Shown: one piece after another, positions 12,813 to 25,566 of the stretch
Layout: each line of letters opens with the position of its first letter
Position numbering within the stretch: position 1 is the stretch's first letter
Source: Camelus dromedarius
Lineage: Eukaryota
DNA length: 64,000 bases
Assembly (NCBI RefSeq): GCF_036321535.1
Contig: NC_087472.1
Coordinates: 100,008,001 to 100,072,000 of the forward strand
Direction of reading: 5' to 3'
Notes under the pieces: generated by a model
Seen by the model: only the letters and a program-made list of their open reading frames with translations
What the model was told of the DNA's origin: nothing
Databases searched by the model: none
Position numbers and translations under genes: made by a program

Positions 12813-12888
12813 ACTATTGGCAAGAAGTTACCTCCAACGACAGCTACTCCAGACTCGTCAAAAACAGAAATGGACAGCAGGACAAAGA
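12813..12888 (+). CDS. SH3KBP1: SH3KBP1/CIN85 internal coding exon (76 nt; about exon 7), linker before SH3C
   Basis: Acceptor ctcttttttcccccctcAG, donor AGA|GTGAGT. Translates [25 protein letters not shown] plus 1 nt, matching recalled CIN85 sequence. Phase 0-1 joins the next exon in frame. Confidence 0.96.
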
Positions 12889-13494
12889 GTGAGTTTCCTC
12901 TTTATTTTATGTTTGAAAGCAGCAAAGGGTTTTCTAATCATTGACACGCTTTTGAAACATCCTTACATAATCTTAATGGCTTTTTAAAGCACACTGGAAA
13001 AAATGCACAAATATGTTTCATTAGGTCCTACCAGTGGGTGGATGGGGTGGAGGGACAAGTTAGATTAGTTTGATGGAACAGGGTTCTCTCCTGCCATATA
13101 TAGCTCACCCACATGCCGAGCCAGGGCTTATCCGTGTCTACCCAGAGCAGTTTGCATAGTTCAGGAGGCAGGAAGATTCTAGAGAATGGCAACTCAAGCA
13201 ATTTAAGGATTCACAAGCCTTTGAGTCAGAGAGGCCTTATCTTCCAGCCTAACCACTCAACCAACACTCCCACAGCTTGACGTCCTTCGAGCCTCCTCAG
13301 CACATCTCTGCTTGAATCCCTCCAGATCAGATGCCTTTCTTCTCTTGAGCCACGTATGCACTTTCTGTAATTTTTACCCAGGAGTTGTAGTCTCTGGATC
13401 TCTAGTGATGTTAGCCCATTTTTCCCCTAACAGTCTTAAGCTTTTTAGGACAATTGTCTCCCCAAACCTGCCCAATGGTTAGTATTCTTGATTC

Positions 13495-13660
13495 TAGAGT
13501 TGCCAGATAAAATATGGGATACCCAGTTACATTTGAATTTCAGATAAATAATGAGCAAATTCTTGGTTATGAGTATGTCCCATGCAATATGGGTTGTTTA
13601 TCTGAAATTCAAATGTAGCTGGACATCCTGTGTTTGTATTCGCTAAATCTGGCAATTCTC
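13495..13660. mobile_element. MER53-like palindromic hAT MITE
   Basis: Termini agagttgccagat / atctggcaattct. Internal inverted repeat at 13523-13551 and 13594-13622. Confidence 0.85.
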
Positions 13661-14181
13661 CAATTCCTTTAGTCATTCTTCTAATAACTGGAATGTTCTG
13701 AACGTGCTCTAGTCAGAAACAAGGACTTCAATTCCTTCTAGGGATTTTACTTTCTTTTTTTTTTTCAGCTCCAGCTTTCCTTACGAGGATAGCGTGGACA
13801 GAGTATTAATCTAGTTTGGGAAGGCAAAGATTGAGGGAAGATGTATCGTGTGTATGTAATTATGATTAATGTAAGAGCAGCCATAGATTTATTCTTTTAA
13901 TTGCAAAAAAACATACCAGGAACTCCTTTTGCAGTGCCAAACAGGTAGTTTTGAGATCAAATAAGGAATACTGCCTTAGACATAAGAAAATGAATTTCCG
14001 GGACTTGCCAAGCCAGAAATGGTGGTTTAGATAAAGAAGTTCATGGGTGATACCAATGCAGCTGCTCGAGCACTGTCTTAATGTTTAAGGGTCAGATGAG
14101 GTCTGTATGCTTTTTACCTGTTGATGGTACAATCAGACTCCAGATAATAGGCAGAAAGCACAGTAGTCTAATGATCTAATC

Positions 14182-14351
14182 CAGCAGTTCTCAAACTTGA
14201 GTGTGCCCCAGAATCACCTGGAGAGCTGTGCCCTACCTCCAGTATTTCTTGGCCAGTAGGTCTGGGGTAGGACCTGAAATTTTGCTTTTCCAACAAATTC
14301 CCGGGTGCATCCGCTGCTCCTGCACTAGGGCCCACACTTCAAGAACCACTG
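14182..14351 (+). mobile_element. MER5A-like MITE
   Basis: cagcagttctcaaacttgagtgtg..agaatcacctggag..ccacacttcaagaaccactg with terminal inverted repeats. Confidence 0.85.
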
Positions 14352-14438
14352 TTTTGAGCTTATAGATGGTCCTAAAAAGAAACTGGTCCTGCATTTATTC
14401 ATATGGGTTGTAGGCTTAGCATGCCAAACTTGCCTTTA

Positions 14439-14594
14439 TTTTTTCTTTTTTTTTTTTTTTTTTTTTTTTGGAGGTGGGGTAGGGAGGTAATTAGATTTGT
14501 TGATTGATTGATTTAATGGAGGTGCTGGGGATTGAACCCAGGACCTCCTGTATGCTAAGCACACACTCTACCACTGAGCTATGCCCTCCCTCCA
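14439..14594 (-). mobile_element. tRNA(Ala)-derived SINE (camelid vic-1-like)
   Basis: Poly(T), then ggggattgaacccaggacc..tgctaagcacacactctaccactgagcta, the reverse complement of the 4635 SINE head. TSD aaac(t/c)tgccttta at 14426-14438 and 14595-14607. Confidence 0.9.
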
Positions 14595-15295
14595 AAACCT
14601 GCCTTTAGACACTAAAACCTTCAAGATTCTTGGAAGAGTCCTAAAATTTTTTTTTCAAGAATTACAAGTTAAACCGTTTCTGATAACATTTTCTCGTGTT
14701 GGCCAATAGCCTGTCCTTTCCATTCAGCTGCTGCTTCTGGAGTTCTGGCTATTGACAAGCTTATAAATGATCTGGGTTATAAGGCAAGTTGCTAGAGTGG
14801 GGGATGGGCAGGAGGTGGGGAAGACATGTCAAACCCCAAAGGTAATTGGAATGTGGTCCCTGGGATAGTCCATCCTCATGACATGTGACAACCAGCGGTC
14901 TTCACCAGCCTCACTCATGTTTGCAGAAATAATCATCTGAGAACTAGGGAAATTTTTCTTTAATGGAAAAGAGTTTCAATAGAAGTGAAATAGAAATTCC
15001 CTATAGATTGTTCCTCTCTCTGCAGAGTAAATAGAACCTTGCATGACTTGTGAGTTGCTTTGGGGGCAGGCTGAGCAGGAGGGACCTGAGAGTCACTTGT
15101 AAGGATGTGGCACAAAACAACAGTCTGCAGGGCATGCTGAAATGACTAATCCTTGGGCCTCAAGAACTGGCCTTCAGATAAGAGCATGTTCTTGCTGGGT
15201 TTTTTTTCCACCCTCTGTAATGTCTGCAGGCAAGAGACTCAAGTCATTTTTGGAAGGATTAGGCGGTGGGGTTGGAGGCAATTAGCTGTGTTTTA

Positions 15296-15626
15296 CAGCA
15301 CTGCTGGCCAGTAGAAATACTATGGGAACCACATACATGATTTTATATTTTCTGGCCACATTTAAAAAAAAAAAAGAAAAACAGGTTTAAAAAAACAGGT
15401 ATACTTAATTTAAATATATTTCTTTAACTCAGTAATCCAAAGTATTATCCTTTCAATATGTAACCCACATAAAGTTATCAAATGAGATGCTTTCATTCTT
15501 TTTTCATATGCGTCTTCCCTATCCAGCGTGTATTTTCCCTGTATTCTGCAGCTCAACTTGGACGAGCTGCATTTTGAATGCCCAGTAGCCATATGTGCCT
15601 AGCAGCCACCATATTGGACAGCGTAG
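15296..15626. mobile_element. MER33-like hAT-Charlie element
   Basis: cagtagaaatact..ccacata..aaacaggt..tgcccagtagccatatgtgcctagcagccaccatattggacagcg. Confidence 0.75.
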
Positions 15627-15859
15627 TTTGAAAGTAATTCTGGGATCTAAGATGGGCTTCCCAGGCCTGGATATTAATACAGTTCTGAATGCTCAGCTCC
15701 CTTGAGCCTGTGGGAGGATCCTGACTCAGCCCAAGCTTGGTTCAGTCCTACAAGGATCTGTTAACTACGTCCATCTCCAGATGCATCACAGAGTAGGGGC
15801 AGGTTGTTAATAAAGAGTGGTTTTACAGGGTGGGTGGTGTTTTACAGGGTTTTGGCCAA

Positions 15860-16030
15860 GAGTCAGGAAGCACAGGTTCTGGGACTAGCTCTGTTATTAG
15901 CTAGCTATGTGACCTTGGGCAAATCATTTTATTTCTCTGGCCTCTCTTTTCATTGTCTGCATTGTTTGTGAAGTCAGAGGGTTGTACTAGAGAGAAGCCC
16001 TAAGGTTTCTCCCAGCATCTTCACTCTCTG
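15860..16030 (+). mobile_element. MIR/MIR3 fragment
   Basis: ctagctatgtgaccttgggcaaatcattt..tctctggcctc MIR core. Confidence 0.7.
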
Positions 16031-19003
16031 ATTGAATTCCAAAAGCTTCACAATTTAGAGTGAGAGTTTTCTGTATTCAGAAGACTTGATCAGCCAGTGG
16101 GAAAGACTAAAGAAAGAGGTGAACAATTCAGTAGAATATAAGATGTCATTTGGCATAGATGTCTCAGGTATAAATCTGTATGTAAGCAGGGAAGTAGGTC
16201 AGGCCGAATTATCACTGTCAGCGAAGCCTTGAAAGATGTTTATTGACAGACATTTTTCGTGGACCCAGAGCAAGAATTTCTGAAGTTTAATCTCTTCCCT
16301 CCCACACTCTCTGCCTTTCATTGTAAAGAGCAAATTCTGTGATGTTTGTTCTCCCATGATTTCCACCAGGCATCCAAGTTCACTAAAAAGTCCCCTCCAT
16401 TTGGAACCTTTCACTGCTTCTGGAATTTGATGCAACACCCAAGTTCAGGTGGAAGGACATGGAGTGCTGACCCACTATCAGAAATGACCATGAGCTTGGT
16501 GACAGCACCATCTCCTTCCTTCTGGTTGGAAGTCACACGTGTAACAAAAATTGCCCAGAGGTACAGAGGAGAGAAGTCCCTTCCCGCCAGGCTGGCTCCT
16601 TAGCACACTAAAATACGAGTCCACGTCACAAGTACGAGTTCTGATGATTCAAAAAATGGTCATGTGAATTGGTATCTTCTGAGAGAAAGTGAAACTCAGC
16701 TGATCAGGATTTATTTAAACAGCTCACATCATCTCCCCTCCCCCAATAAAGCTTTTATGATATTGAAATTCATCTGAAATGCATGCTGTGGAACAGATTG
16801 CCATAATTTTCATAACAAGAGGAAAACTGTCTAAATATTCATCAATGAAGTGCCCCAAGGTTCCTCCAGCCTGCCACATCTGGAGTTCCCCTCTTTCTTA
16901 CTACAATTGGTGCAGATTTGTGGCCTCCGTGAGATTAAAAAAAATAGCCTGGAGAAAGGATTATTTAGCATCTTCCTGAACAAACAGTTCAGTCTTAGAG
17001 ATTCACAGGATCATGGGAGCAGGTGGGTTAGAGAAAAAATCATCCTTTACTGAATTTGTACAAAGGCAGGTCAGGCTTCTGAATACATGATAATGGGGGG
17101 CAAAGGCTAAATGTTCCCTGCTTAACCTCCCCCCACGTTATCACCAGTCACCTCTACCACCTTTCTGATCACTTTGGCATTTGACTCGCTTCTTAGGAGT
17201 TGTCCCCTGTGATAGTGACACATAGTGCCTCGTGGCTGTAATTGGTCCCTCACGGTGGGGACTGTGTCTTCTACTCCATCTCCCCACCATACAGTCCAGA
17301 AAGGTCCCATGGGCTCACTGGCACTGACAGCAGTGGTGACTGAGCAAGTGGAGAATTCAAAATGACTTGCAATTTACCAGGCTCTGTCTCAGAGTCTTGT
17401 AAAAGCAGCATGGTAGCCACAGATCTCTTTTCCCAAATGCACAGTCACCAGAAGGAAAAGAACACACTTGTTCACATAAGACCCTGGAGCGTATTTTGGA
17501 TTTTTGGTGGTCAGCAGTAGTTGGTCTGTGGGGCTTGACAGACCCTTTGTTCTTTCCAGCCACAGCTCCAGCCCAGTCAGCCTGAGTGCCAGGGGCAAAC
17601 CAGGCTTGTCTGACACAGTCAGGCTTAGGGGTTTATTGCAACGAGGAGGTTGCACTGGAGGCCCTGTGGAGCGTTGCACCAAACAAAAGAAAAAAGAGCA
17701 GTTACAGATTTGGAGGAGAGGTGAAACTGAGTGAAATGTAAATGAAGCAGCAGTGGTTTGGGAGGGTCAAAGCAAAACGGGGCTGTGTGAATGGGAAAAT
17801 CGAGTCTGGTCTGTGAGCTGGACCCAGGTCTTGTTTCTTTGGGAACCACTGAGTTAAGACAGATGTGTGGGGCTGTGTCCAGAACCCCTTATATGAGGCC
17901 CTGCACGTGTGCAGGGAACCAAGGCTTCTTTTCTGTGTCAAAGTGACTTGTTTCTTGGAACTCATTCTTACTGATACAATATAGGAAAGCAAAGCTTCTG
18001 ATAGTCTGTGGTCTTAGAGGACAGACTTTTCCAGGGAATAGGAAAGCGGTAGTCACCCAGAGAAGGCGGTTGCTAGGACTCTTTCCAGCTGTAGCGTGTG
18101 CTTGGGAGAGATACTATTTCCGGTTCATTTTGCATCTGGCTGTATCCGAATTTGTGTCCGCATTTGTGGATTTTTACTTTCTCAGTTTGAGCTAATTTTG
18201 ACTTGCTCACCACATGTCTGAATAGGAGAAAAAAAGGGTCATATTCTTTATGTTGGTTTTTTTCCCCAGCCTTAACCTGGGAACTCTTTTCAGCTATTTT
18301 GCCAGGATAGATGTTTTTGCTCACTTATCCTCCCCAAAGCTTACTCACCCCTGGGCTTGGGAATTTAGGTACATCCAATGTGAAACGTTTCCTACACAGT
18401 GCTTTAGCGCCTCCCACACATGATGTGAATTCAAGCCCCTAGGCTGGGTGTCTCTGGGGTCCCCACTCTCCCTGGGAGGTATCTTTCCTCAGGTGACCCC
18501 AACACAGACCTTGCTGTCCAGATTCAGAGTGGGAGGGGCGGGGGTCTTCCTGTGAGGGTGCCCCACCTACCCATGCTGCAGATGACCTAGATTTCAAACC
18601 TAGTCCTCTGGGAAGGAAAAAGCAAACTCCGTTTCTGCTAGCCTGGTGGATTTCCTTCCTGCCAAAGACTCAGAGCTTCTCGTCATCTGAGCGGGAGAAA
18701 GTGCCTTTGAGAGGAGCCGTGATTGCTCCACACTACAGAACAGAAAGGCATCCTTTGCTCATCAGATTTTTATTGCTTTAAATTTTTTTCCCTCTTTTTA
18801 AAGGGGGAGAATAAAAAGTAGCATAAATCATAGTGGTGAAATAATTTGAAAGTCACATTCCCAGCAGCATCCAGGACCAGAAGTGGTCAATGTGGTTTGG
18901 GGTCATGGTCAGCTTTTTCATGAAGGAAGATGTTGGACTGGAGATGACAACGTAATGATGAACGTGTTGTGTTTCATTTTCCTGTCTGAATCTAAGTGTA
19001 GAC

Positions 19004-19234
19004 CAGAGTTTTTCCACCTTGGCCCTCTTAACATTTAGACTAGATCGTTCTTTGTTGTGGGGCTATCTTGGGTCCATTGTAGAATGTTTAGCAGAGTCCT
19101 GGCTTCTAACCACTAGATGTCAATGACACTTACCACCTCCTCCCCCCCCCCCCCCAGGTTGTGACAACCATAAATGTCTCCAAGCATTGCCAGTGTCTCC
19201 TGGGAAGCAAACTTAACCCAGCTGTGAACCACTG
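19004..19234 (+). mobile_element. MER20 hAT-Charlie MITE with 8-bp TSD
   Basis: ttctttgttgtgggg..gtagaatgtttagcag..gttgtgacaacc..aatgtctcca..cattgcca..gaaccactg. TSD gtgtagac (18996-19003) and gtgtagat (19235-19242). Confidence 0.9.
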
Positions 19235-19496
19235 GTGTAGATGGTAGTAAGTTCCGGGAGGGCACCACTGCATCTCTGCTGTCGGGCGCACACTGGACAG
19301 TCAGTTAATATTTATTAAACACATGACAGGCCTCATATTCATCCCCTCCTCACTCTCCCTGGGTCCTCAGACTGACCCAGAACTGCATTTCCCATTCAAA
19401 TCTCTCATACAGCACACGCCGCCTTGGCACCGCCGCCACACTGGTTCACCGTCCAGGTCTCCACAGTTGCTCCTTCCTAGCATTGAGTCTTTGCTA

Positions 19497-19671
19497 GATG
19501 TGGCTCTCACAGTGCAGCCCCTAGACCAGCAGCATCAGCATCCCTGGGAACTTGTTAGAGATGCAAATCCCCAGGCGGCGCCCCAGCCCTGTGGAATCGG
19601 AAACCCTGGGGGTTCTGTTTTGACAAGTCCTCCACCTAAAGCCACTGCCCACTCAAGCGTGAGGGCCACTG
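19497..19671 (-). mobile_element. MER5A-like MITE
   Basis: gaccagcagcatcagcatccctgggaacttgttagagatgcaaat. Confidence 0.8.
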
Positions 19672-20124
19672 ACCTAGACTCAGGATGCTTAAGCATCCCT
19701 GCTGCTGAGACTTACCAGGGGGCTGGTATAGTAGGTGGTTCTTGCTCCCACCTCAGATCTGATGATTGGGATACCCTGGGAAGGCATAGAAGAAACAGGT
19801 GCCCCGAGTCATTGGAATGCTTGGGAGACACTCCTGCTCCTTCCTTCTCTACTCACAGTCCTAGAGCACTGTACAGGCAGGGCCCGGCGCCATCTTCCTC
19901 TTCCAAGAAGGGACCCTGAGTCTCTTTGGGAAGTAATTTCCCCATTTCTGAATCTCTGATCCTTTAAGCTGAACACATCTGTCTCATCCTCTCCTCACTG
20001 TTGCCTTGTCCAGAGCTCTGTGTCTACACACCTTCTTTCCTGTCCTTGATTATAAGCTAGCTCCTTCAGAACCAGATACTAGTCTTATTTAACTTATTCA
20101 CTTTTCCCCAGAACATGGTAGAAG

Positions 20125-20415
20125 TCAACACCCTTATTGCAATTCCAAAATACAAAAAGCTCAGAAAACTGAAAGGTTTTATCACTCCTTGGGTGAGAAA
20201 ACTTGTTCTGGACTAACATGTATCTAGGTATAGTCCTTATTTATCCCGCTTGGGGTGACAAATCACCTATTTGCTGCAAAATTTTAATTTGATGGTTGGG
20301 TGCAGCCCTAGACCCCACCTGGGGATGTGACATATTATGTAGAATGTGCAATGTATTTCCTTCTAAAATCTGAAAAATTCTGTCCTCAGGGCTTCTGGAT
20401 AAGGGACTATGTCTC
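20125..20415. mobile_element. MER46C-like TcMar-Tigger element
   Basis: caaaaagctcagaaaactgaaag..tatagtccttatttatccc..ccctagaccccacctgggg..ctaaaatctgaaaaattctg..ggataaggga. Confidence 0.7.
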
Positions 20416-20977
20416 AGATAATATTTGTCAGTTTAATGAAAGAATTTTCAGATTTTCATGTGGGTGGAAGTAGACATCGCCAAGCTTGATATTTTTGTTT
20501 GAGTGTCCCAAAGGAAGAGAAAATTTCCAAATCTAGGCATGACCTGGTACTTTTCACCCCTGCTGAAAGTTCTGGAAGGCTTCCTACCAGACTTTGTGAC
20601 ACATGGGATTTTGATCTTTAAGTCCTAAATTGAACCCAAAAAACTGCCCTAGATTTAACATTATTTCCTTGGTGTGTGTGTGTGTGTGTATGTTCTCTTT
20701 GCTGATGTGTTTATTCTGTTTCTTCTGCTTTTTTTAAGTGGAGGGTATTTTTTAAAGTTTGTTTGTTTATTTTTTATATGAATAGATTATAAAACCAGCT
20801 GAAGGGAGTCATGAGATGTGGGCATGTGAGTTCAGTTCTTTAAACTGTCTGTTTTTAATCTCATGTAAATTGCTTGAAATTTAGAGATTGACATAATGGG
20901 TTTTTTTTTGAGGGGGTGTGAATTACGACTGGACTTCTTGGTGTTTCTTGAAATTGGAATGCCTATCGTTATTTAGT

Positions 20978-21162
20978 AAGGGGCTCTTAACTGGGATATG
21001 GACAAGAGTTTCAGGGTCCTCGAACCTTCTGATACTGTGCACCACATTTTCTTTGCACCTTTAAATGTGTCTAAATTTTTTTCCCTTTTTCTAGAAAGAG
21101 AGAGTCATTGCTTTTTATCAGATTCTTAAAGGACTCTACAACACAAAAAGCTGAAGAACTGA
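20978..21162. mobile_element. Old hAT-Charlie-type MITE, family not assigned
   Basis: ctcttaactggg..gctttttatcagattcttaaagg..aaaaagctgaagaactg; degenerate termini. Confidence 0.5.
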
Positions 21163-22659
21163 CTTAAGATTTCAGTCTTATGCTAATTTATTAGTATTTT
21201 TAAATCTAAAGAAAAAATAGAGACAAAATCATCTTAATCACTGGATAAATTGTGCCTCTATTTCTTTATGTGCATGTGTATTCATTCCTATTTGATCTTG
21301 GACTAATTAAATCCATCTAATTGATGAATAGATGGAAAATGCCTGCCTCTAAAAATTAATTTCAGTCCTTTCCTCTCCATCTCTGTCTGCTACTCATTTA
21401 AAATGTATAATCTTCCCACGTTCAAAAAGGATTTGGACTTATATTCTTCTCTCAGGACATATCAAATGCCGCCTCTTTTGTGAGCTCTCTCCTGAGTGCA
21501 GTCTTGCCTTTCTCTGCAACCCCGTGACAGTGCTCCATCACAGCCAGTTGATGCTTATTCGTGTATCTGTCTTTTCTTACTGTCCTTCTTCTCCCCTGGC
21601 CTTTCTCTAGGCATTAGGTTGTCACTTCCATGTGGGGGTGGGAGGGGGTGGTTGGTCTGACTTGTATATCACAGGCCCAAGAACTGACAATATCTTTTTC
21701 ATGGTGATGACTCAATAAATGTTTGAATTAAAGTAGGGTACATCTCTTTGTTCCATATACTATACAATTAAAATCACTGTCTCAGAGTTAATAAATTTTT
21801 TTGGCATACGAATTTATTTTTGAGTAACTTAAAATCATTGGTATATCCAAACCAACATAGTGTTCTGATTTTCCAATACTGCTGCATTAGAGCCCCCATG
21901 CCTCAGGAGTAAAACCAAATTCTTATTTTCAAGTGTATCATAATAACTTCAAATGTGAGGTTAATGGTTGTCATGTTTGGTCAGGAAGGAGTTTCTGAGT
22001 TACAGGCCTTGTGACCAGAGCCCTGATATGGCAGAGCCGGCAGGGGCATCGGGCTAGCCCAGTGTGTTCCTTGACACCTCCAGCACTTCACTGGAATGTT
22101 TCTGGGGCCCTGGGTGGGAGATGGGCCAGCCTCACTCTCAGATTTAACCAGAGCAGCTCAGTTTTTAGTTGTTTTATATTAGTGTTCTGGAATAAGTTTC
22201 AATTTGCCAAAAGCGTCCTGCTGAAATTACCCACTCTCTCCTCTTGGCCCTCCTTGGCTGGCCTCTCGTACACCTGAGGACGTGAGGTCCAGAGCTGCAG
22301 TGTGAAGGCCTCAGGTCGTGTGGTTGGGAAAGACCAGGTGGGACCAAACCCAGTCTCGACTGTCCTGACCTCTAGCCCAGAATCCTCTCTCTCTACTTTG
22401 CCGTTCCTCAGATTTTCCTCCGCTTTATAGGTGTTGCCATAGACCATCTAGAAACACTGAGTGGGCGCTGTGTCAGGTTCTGGGGACACGAAGAGGGGCT
22501 GGCATGCCGTGTGAACTTACTTCGTGGAGAGAAGTAGTTGACAGACGGTAGCCACTAGCCCCAGTATCTCCTCCTATTATCTAAAATTGGTTTTTTCTAG
22601 GTAATTTTGTGTCTAATGCCTCACATATAAACAGCATAGTGACGTGGTGGGAGTGTTCT

Positions 22660-22785
22660 AAACCTGGGTTATGGGGATGGTCACATAACTATAAATTTAT
22701 TAAAGCTCTTCAAACCGCACAACTAAAATGTGTGAATTTTATGGTTTATAAATTATATGTCATTCAAGCTGTTTTTTACAAAAGG
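22660..22785 (+). mobile_element. Old L1M 3' tip
   Basis: aaaatgtgtgaattttatggtttataaattatatgtcattcaagctgttttt is typical of L1MB/ME ends. Confidence 0.6.
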
Positions 22786-23149
22786 CAGAGGGACACCTGC
22801 CCTTCTTTAGCTGATGGGGAAGCTGTGGGCATAAAACATAATGGCCCCGGGAAATTTTAAAGGCATGCTAGTACTTGTGTTTTCTCACTATGTCGGTTAC
22901 AAGTCAATTCCAAGGTCATTTATTGACCTACTACAGGGTCGGGTCTTGAGATAGCAAGGGAAGCGTTGGGGAAAAAGGGAATGACAGAGGTACATAAGAA
23001 GAGGGGTTTGGGTGGGGAGGCAGATTATAGTCAGGTGTTTCAGAAGAAGTTGCTGGAAGTGTCCTCTTCCTTCTACTGAGTTCCTTCATGTCACGGAGCT
23101 TTCTCCTTTGAGTGATAAATACCTATCTGACCACAAAGTAATGATAAGC

Positions 23150-23665
23150 AAGAGAGTTTTGTTAAGTCAGATAACAAGAAATCCAAAGATAGGCCCCTTG
23201 AAGTTGGTTATTTTGACAGACATCTCAAAAGTTTCAGGGCTTAGGCTCACCTTCTCTTTGATTTTCTTGGCTTTCCTCTCGTGGTTGAAATATGGCCGTG
23301 ATAGCGCCAAACATTGTACTGTCTTCCAACAAGGATGAAACAATGTTAAAAGCAAAAGGGCAGGGGCAACTATTTCCCTCATGTTTCTTTTTTCATCTGG
23401 GAACAAAATCCAACAGCCCTCCCTCCCACCAGCATATTTCCTCTCACATCTCATTGGCTGAAAGTAGATCACATGCTCACCCCTCAACCAAGCACCAGCA
23501 AAGGGGAATAAAATTAATACTAGTTGCCTAGAGTACTTTACTCATCCCTAGGGCTGTGGGAGGGTTCCCTATTCCTGAGTATAATGCCTGAACAAATTAG
23601 GATTCTATGAACTGGGAAGAAAATGGTAATGGTGGCTGGGAAGTTAACTAATGGTGTCTGCCACA
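23150..23665 (-). mobile_element. Old MaLR solo LTR (MLT1J/K/L-like)
   Basis: tcctctcacatctcattggctgaaag..tcacatgctcacccct..aacaaattaggattct..tgtctgccaca. Confidence 0.7.
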
Positions 23666-25471
23666 CTTTGTTAACTTTTTTGGATGGAAAGGAATAGAAA
23701 CATGACTTGTTCCTTTTTCTTTGATGGTCATGGGTGTCTTATCTTCTGTGTAAAACGTCTCCATGACTTTGATCCAACAAATTATTCTTCAAGCCAGGAC
23801 TCTGCAGGGAAGTTCTTCAATAATACTGTGTTTATTTCAGTGTTATTGTAAGTTTTGAAGTTGGGTAGTCATATTTCACTAGCACAGTCAATAGGAAAAT
23901 TGGGAAGGAGCTGTCATTATCCAATTTAAAGATGCTTAACTTTTCCCCCCTCCCTTTAGAACATTTGCCAATTCAGAATTTGGGAGATTTGCGATAACTT
24001 AAGAGACGTGGAACGTTGGTTAACTATGTGGGCTTAGGAATATTTGTGCAGATTGGTATTGGTGGCATTTAGAACTTAACTCTTAGTGTGAGTTAAGGAA
24101 CAAAAGGCATCAGCTTCCCAGAGCACCTAAGACAGGAGGTTTCTAGCACCAGGACAGGGGATGTAACTGATACCTTCAAGCCATTGGGCAGAAAACAAAA
24201 ACATCTGTAAACAAAGTAAGTCCCTCTCTTTCCCTTTTCCTTTCCCCCTTCCTCTCTCCTCCCCTCCCTACTCTCTGTCCCAACCCTAGACCACAGTGTG
24301 TCTGTATTACAGATTTCTTATTGCCTTGATTTTATATATCACTCTCTTTTATTGATGTGACATTAACTATAATTTTACAAAACCCACATTTTAGTGATAA
24401 AAATTGTACTAGGGACAATATAATTGATACTTACGTACATAGCTCTAGGCTATAATCTATCTGCAGGAACTGGCCTAATCCTTGGGAAATATCTCAGGCC
24501 ATTCAAAACCATTACAGTTGTTGACGTTGATGCAGAATAATAAATACCTGTCCCAGTAGAGACTCATTCTCTTGAATTTTTCTTTCCACCTTCCTTCCTG
24601 AGTCATTAAACCTGTTTTCTAAGTTTTAATTTCCCAAATACCTTACACACATTTGCACTGTCATCTAAACTGGTGCTTTTGTGTAAATAGAGAAGATTTA
24701 ACACCAGGTAGACTTTCAAAAGCATATAATTCAGGACAGATTTGAATGGATTGTGAGTGGCCTTAGTGTTTTTGTCTCTTTGGTGAAAGCTGGTGCATTT
24801 CCTTGCTGACGAACAGCCCCATTTCTGAGTAGGCAGCTTCCCACAGAGACCATGGGACAGATATGAAAAGTTCACCCCGTGGACACTTGTGTGTAAAGAG
24901 CATTTGGTCAGTATATGTTGGCCATCTCTGGTTGACACATGTTCACATACAGCTACATTCACATCTGTCTCTTAAGACGGACCATAATGGAGCCTTTTTC
25001 ATCCTTTTGAGTAATGCCTCGGCTTTGTAACATATACAGCTACCCCATTTCTGATTTAGTGGTGTGTGGAAGGAGGCAGTGAGCACAAAATTTAAGCTTT
25101 TTGCTCTTTGTAGATTAAGTCTGCTTATGTGTGTGCCTGAAGAACATATTAAATGGTGTAAAAAATAAAGAGAATATAAAAATACACATCTGTTTTCCCG
25201 AGAACAAGGAAACCTTTTTGCTCTTCTGCCTGAGAGAGGCAAAGCAGGCTTTCATGATGTCATGATTTGTGAGGGAAAAAATGAGAATACATGTGCATGA
25301 ACCAAAAATGAGCAAGGTTAGGTTGTGTTCTGAGGGTGACCCTTCTTTCTTTATGCAGTAGTTATGTCCTGTCCATTAAGTGTGCTTTTCTCTGAAGGTA
25401 ATGTGAACATCTAATGGGCCAGCTCATCAGAGAAAGCATTTTAAAGGTTGTGTTTTCTTTTCTTCTTACAG

Positions 25472-25566
25472 CCAAGGATTACTGCAAAGTAATTTTTCCG
25501 TATGAGGCACAGAATGACGATGAATTGACAATCAAAGAAGGAGATATAGTCACACTCATCAATAAG
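25472..25566 (+). CDS. SH3KBP1: SH3KBP1 coding exon (95 nt; about exon 8), N-terminal half of SH3C
   Basis: Acceptor ttttcttttcttcttacAG, donor AAG|GTAAAG. Translates (T)[31 protein letters not shown], a typical SH3 RT-loop segment. Phase 1-0. Confidence 0.98.

Noticed and set aside
12581..12892. 103-aa ORF spanning the 76-nt exon
   Set aside because: It is a different frame from CIN85, begins at GTG, and ignores the splice acceptor.
15817..15852. Short direct repeats (gttttacagggt twice; also aaaacaggt twice near 15378-15400 and ctctccctc units near 49056-49085)
   Set aside because: Two or three units, consistent with replication slippage; no array or spacer structure.
19323..19919. 198-aa + strand ORF
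   Set aside because: Runs through a MER5A relic, resembles no protein I know, and is expected by chance in GC-rich intron.
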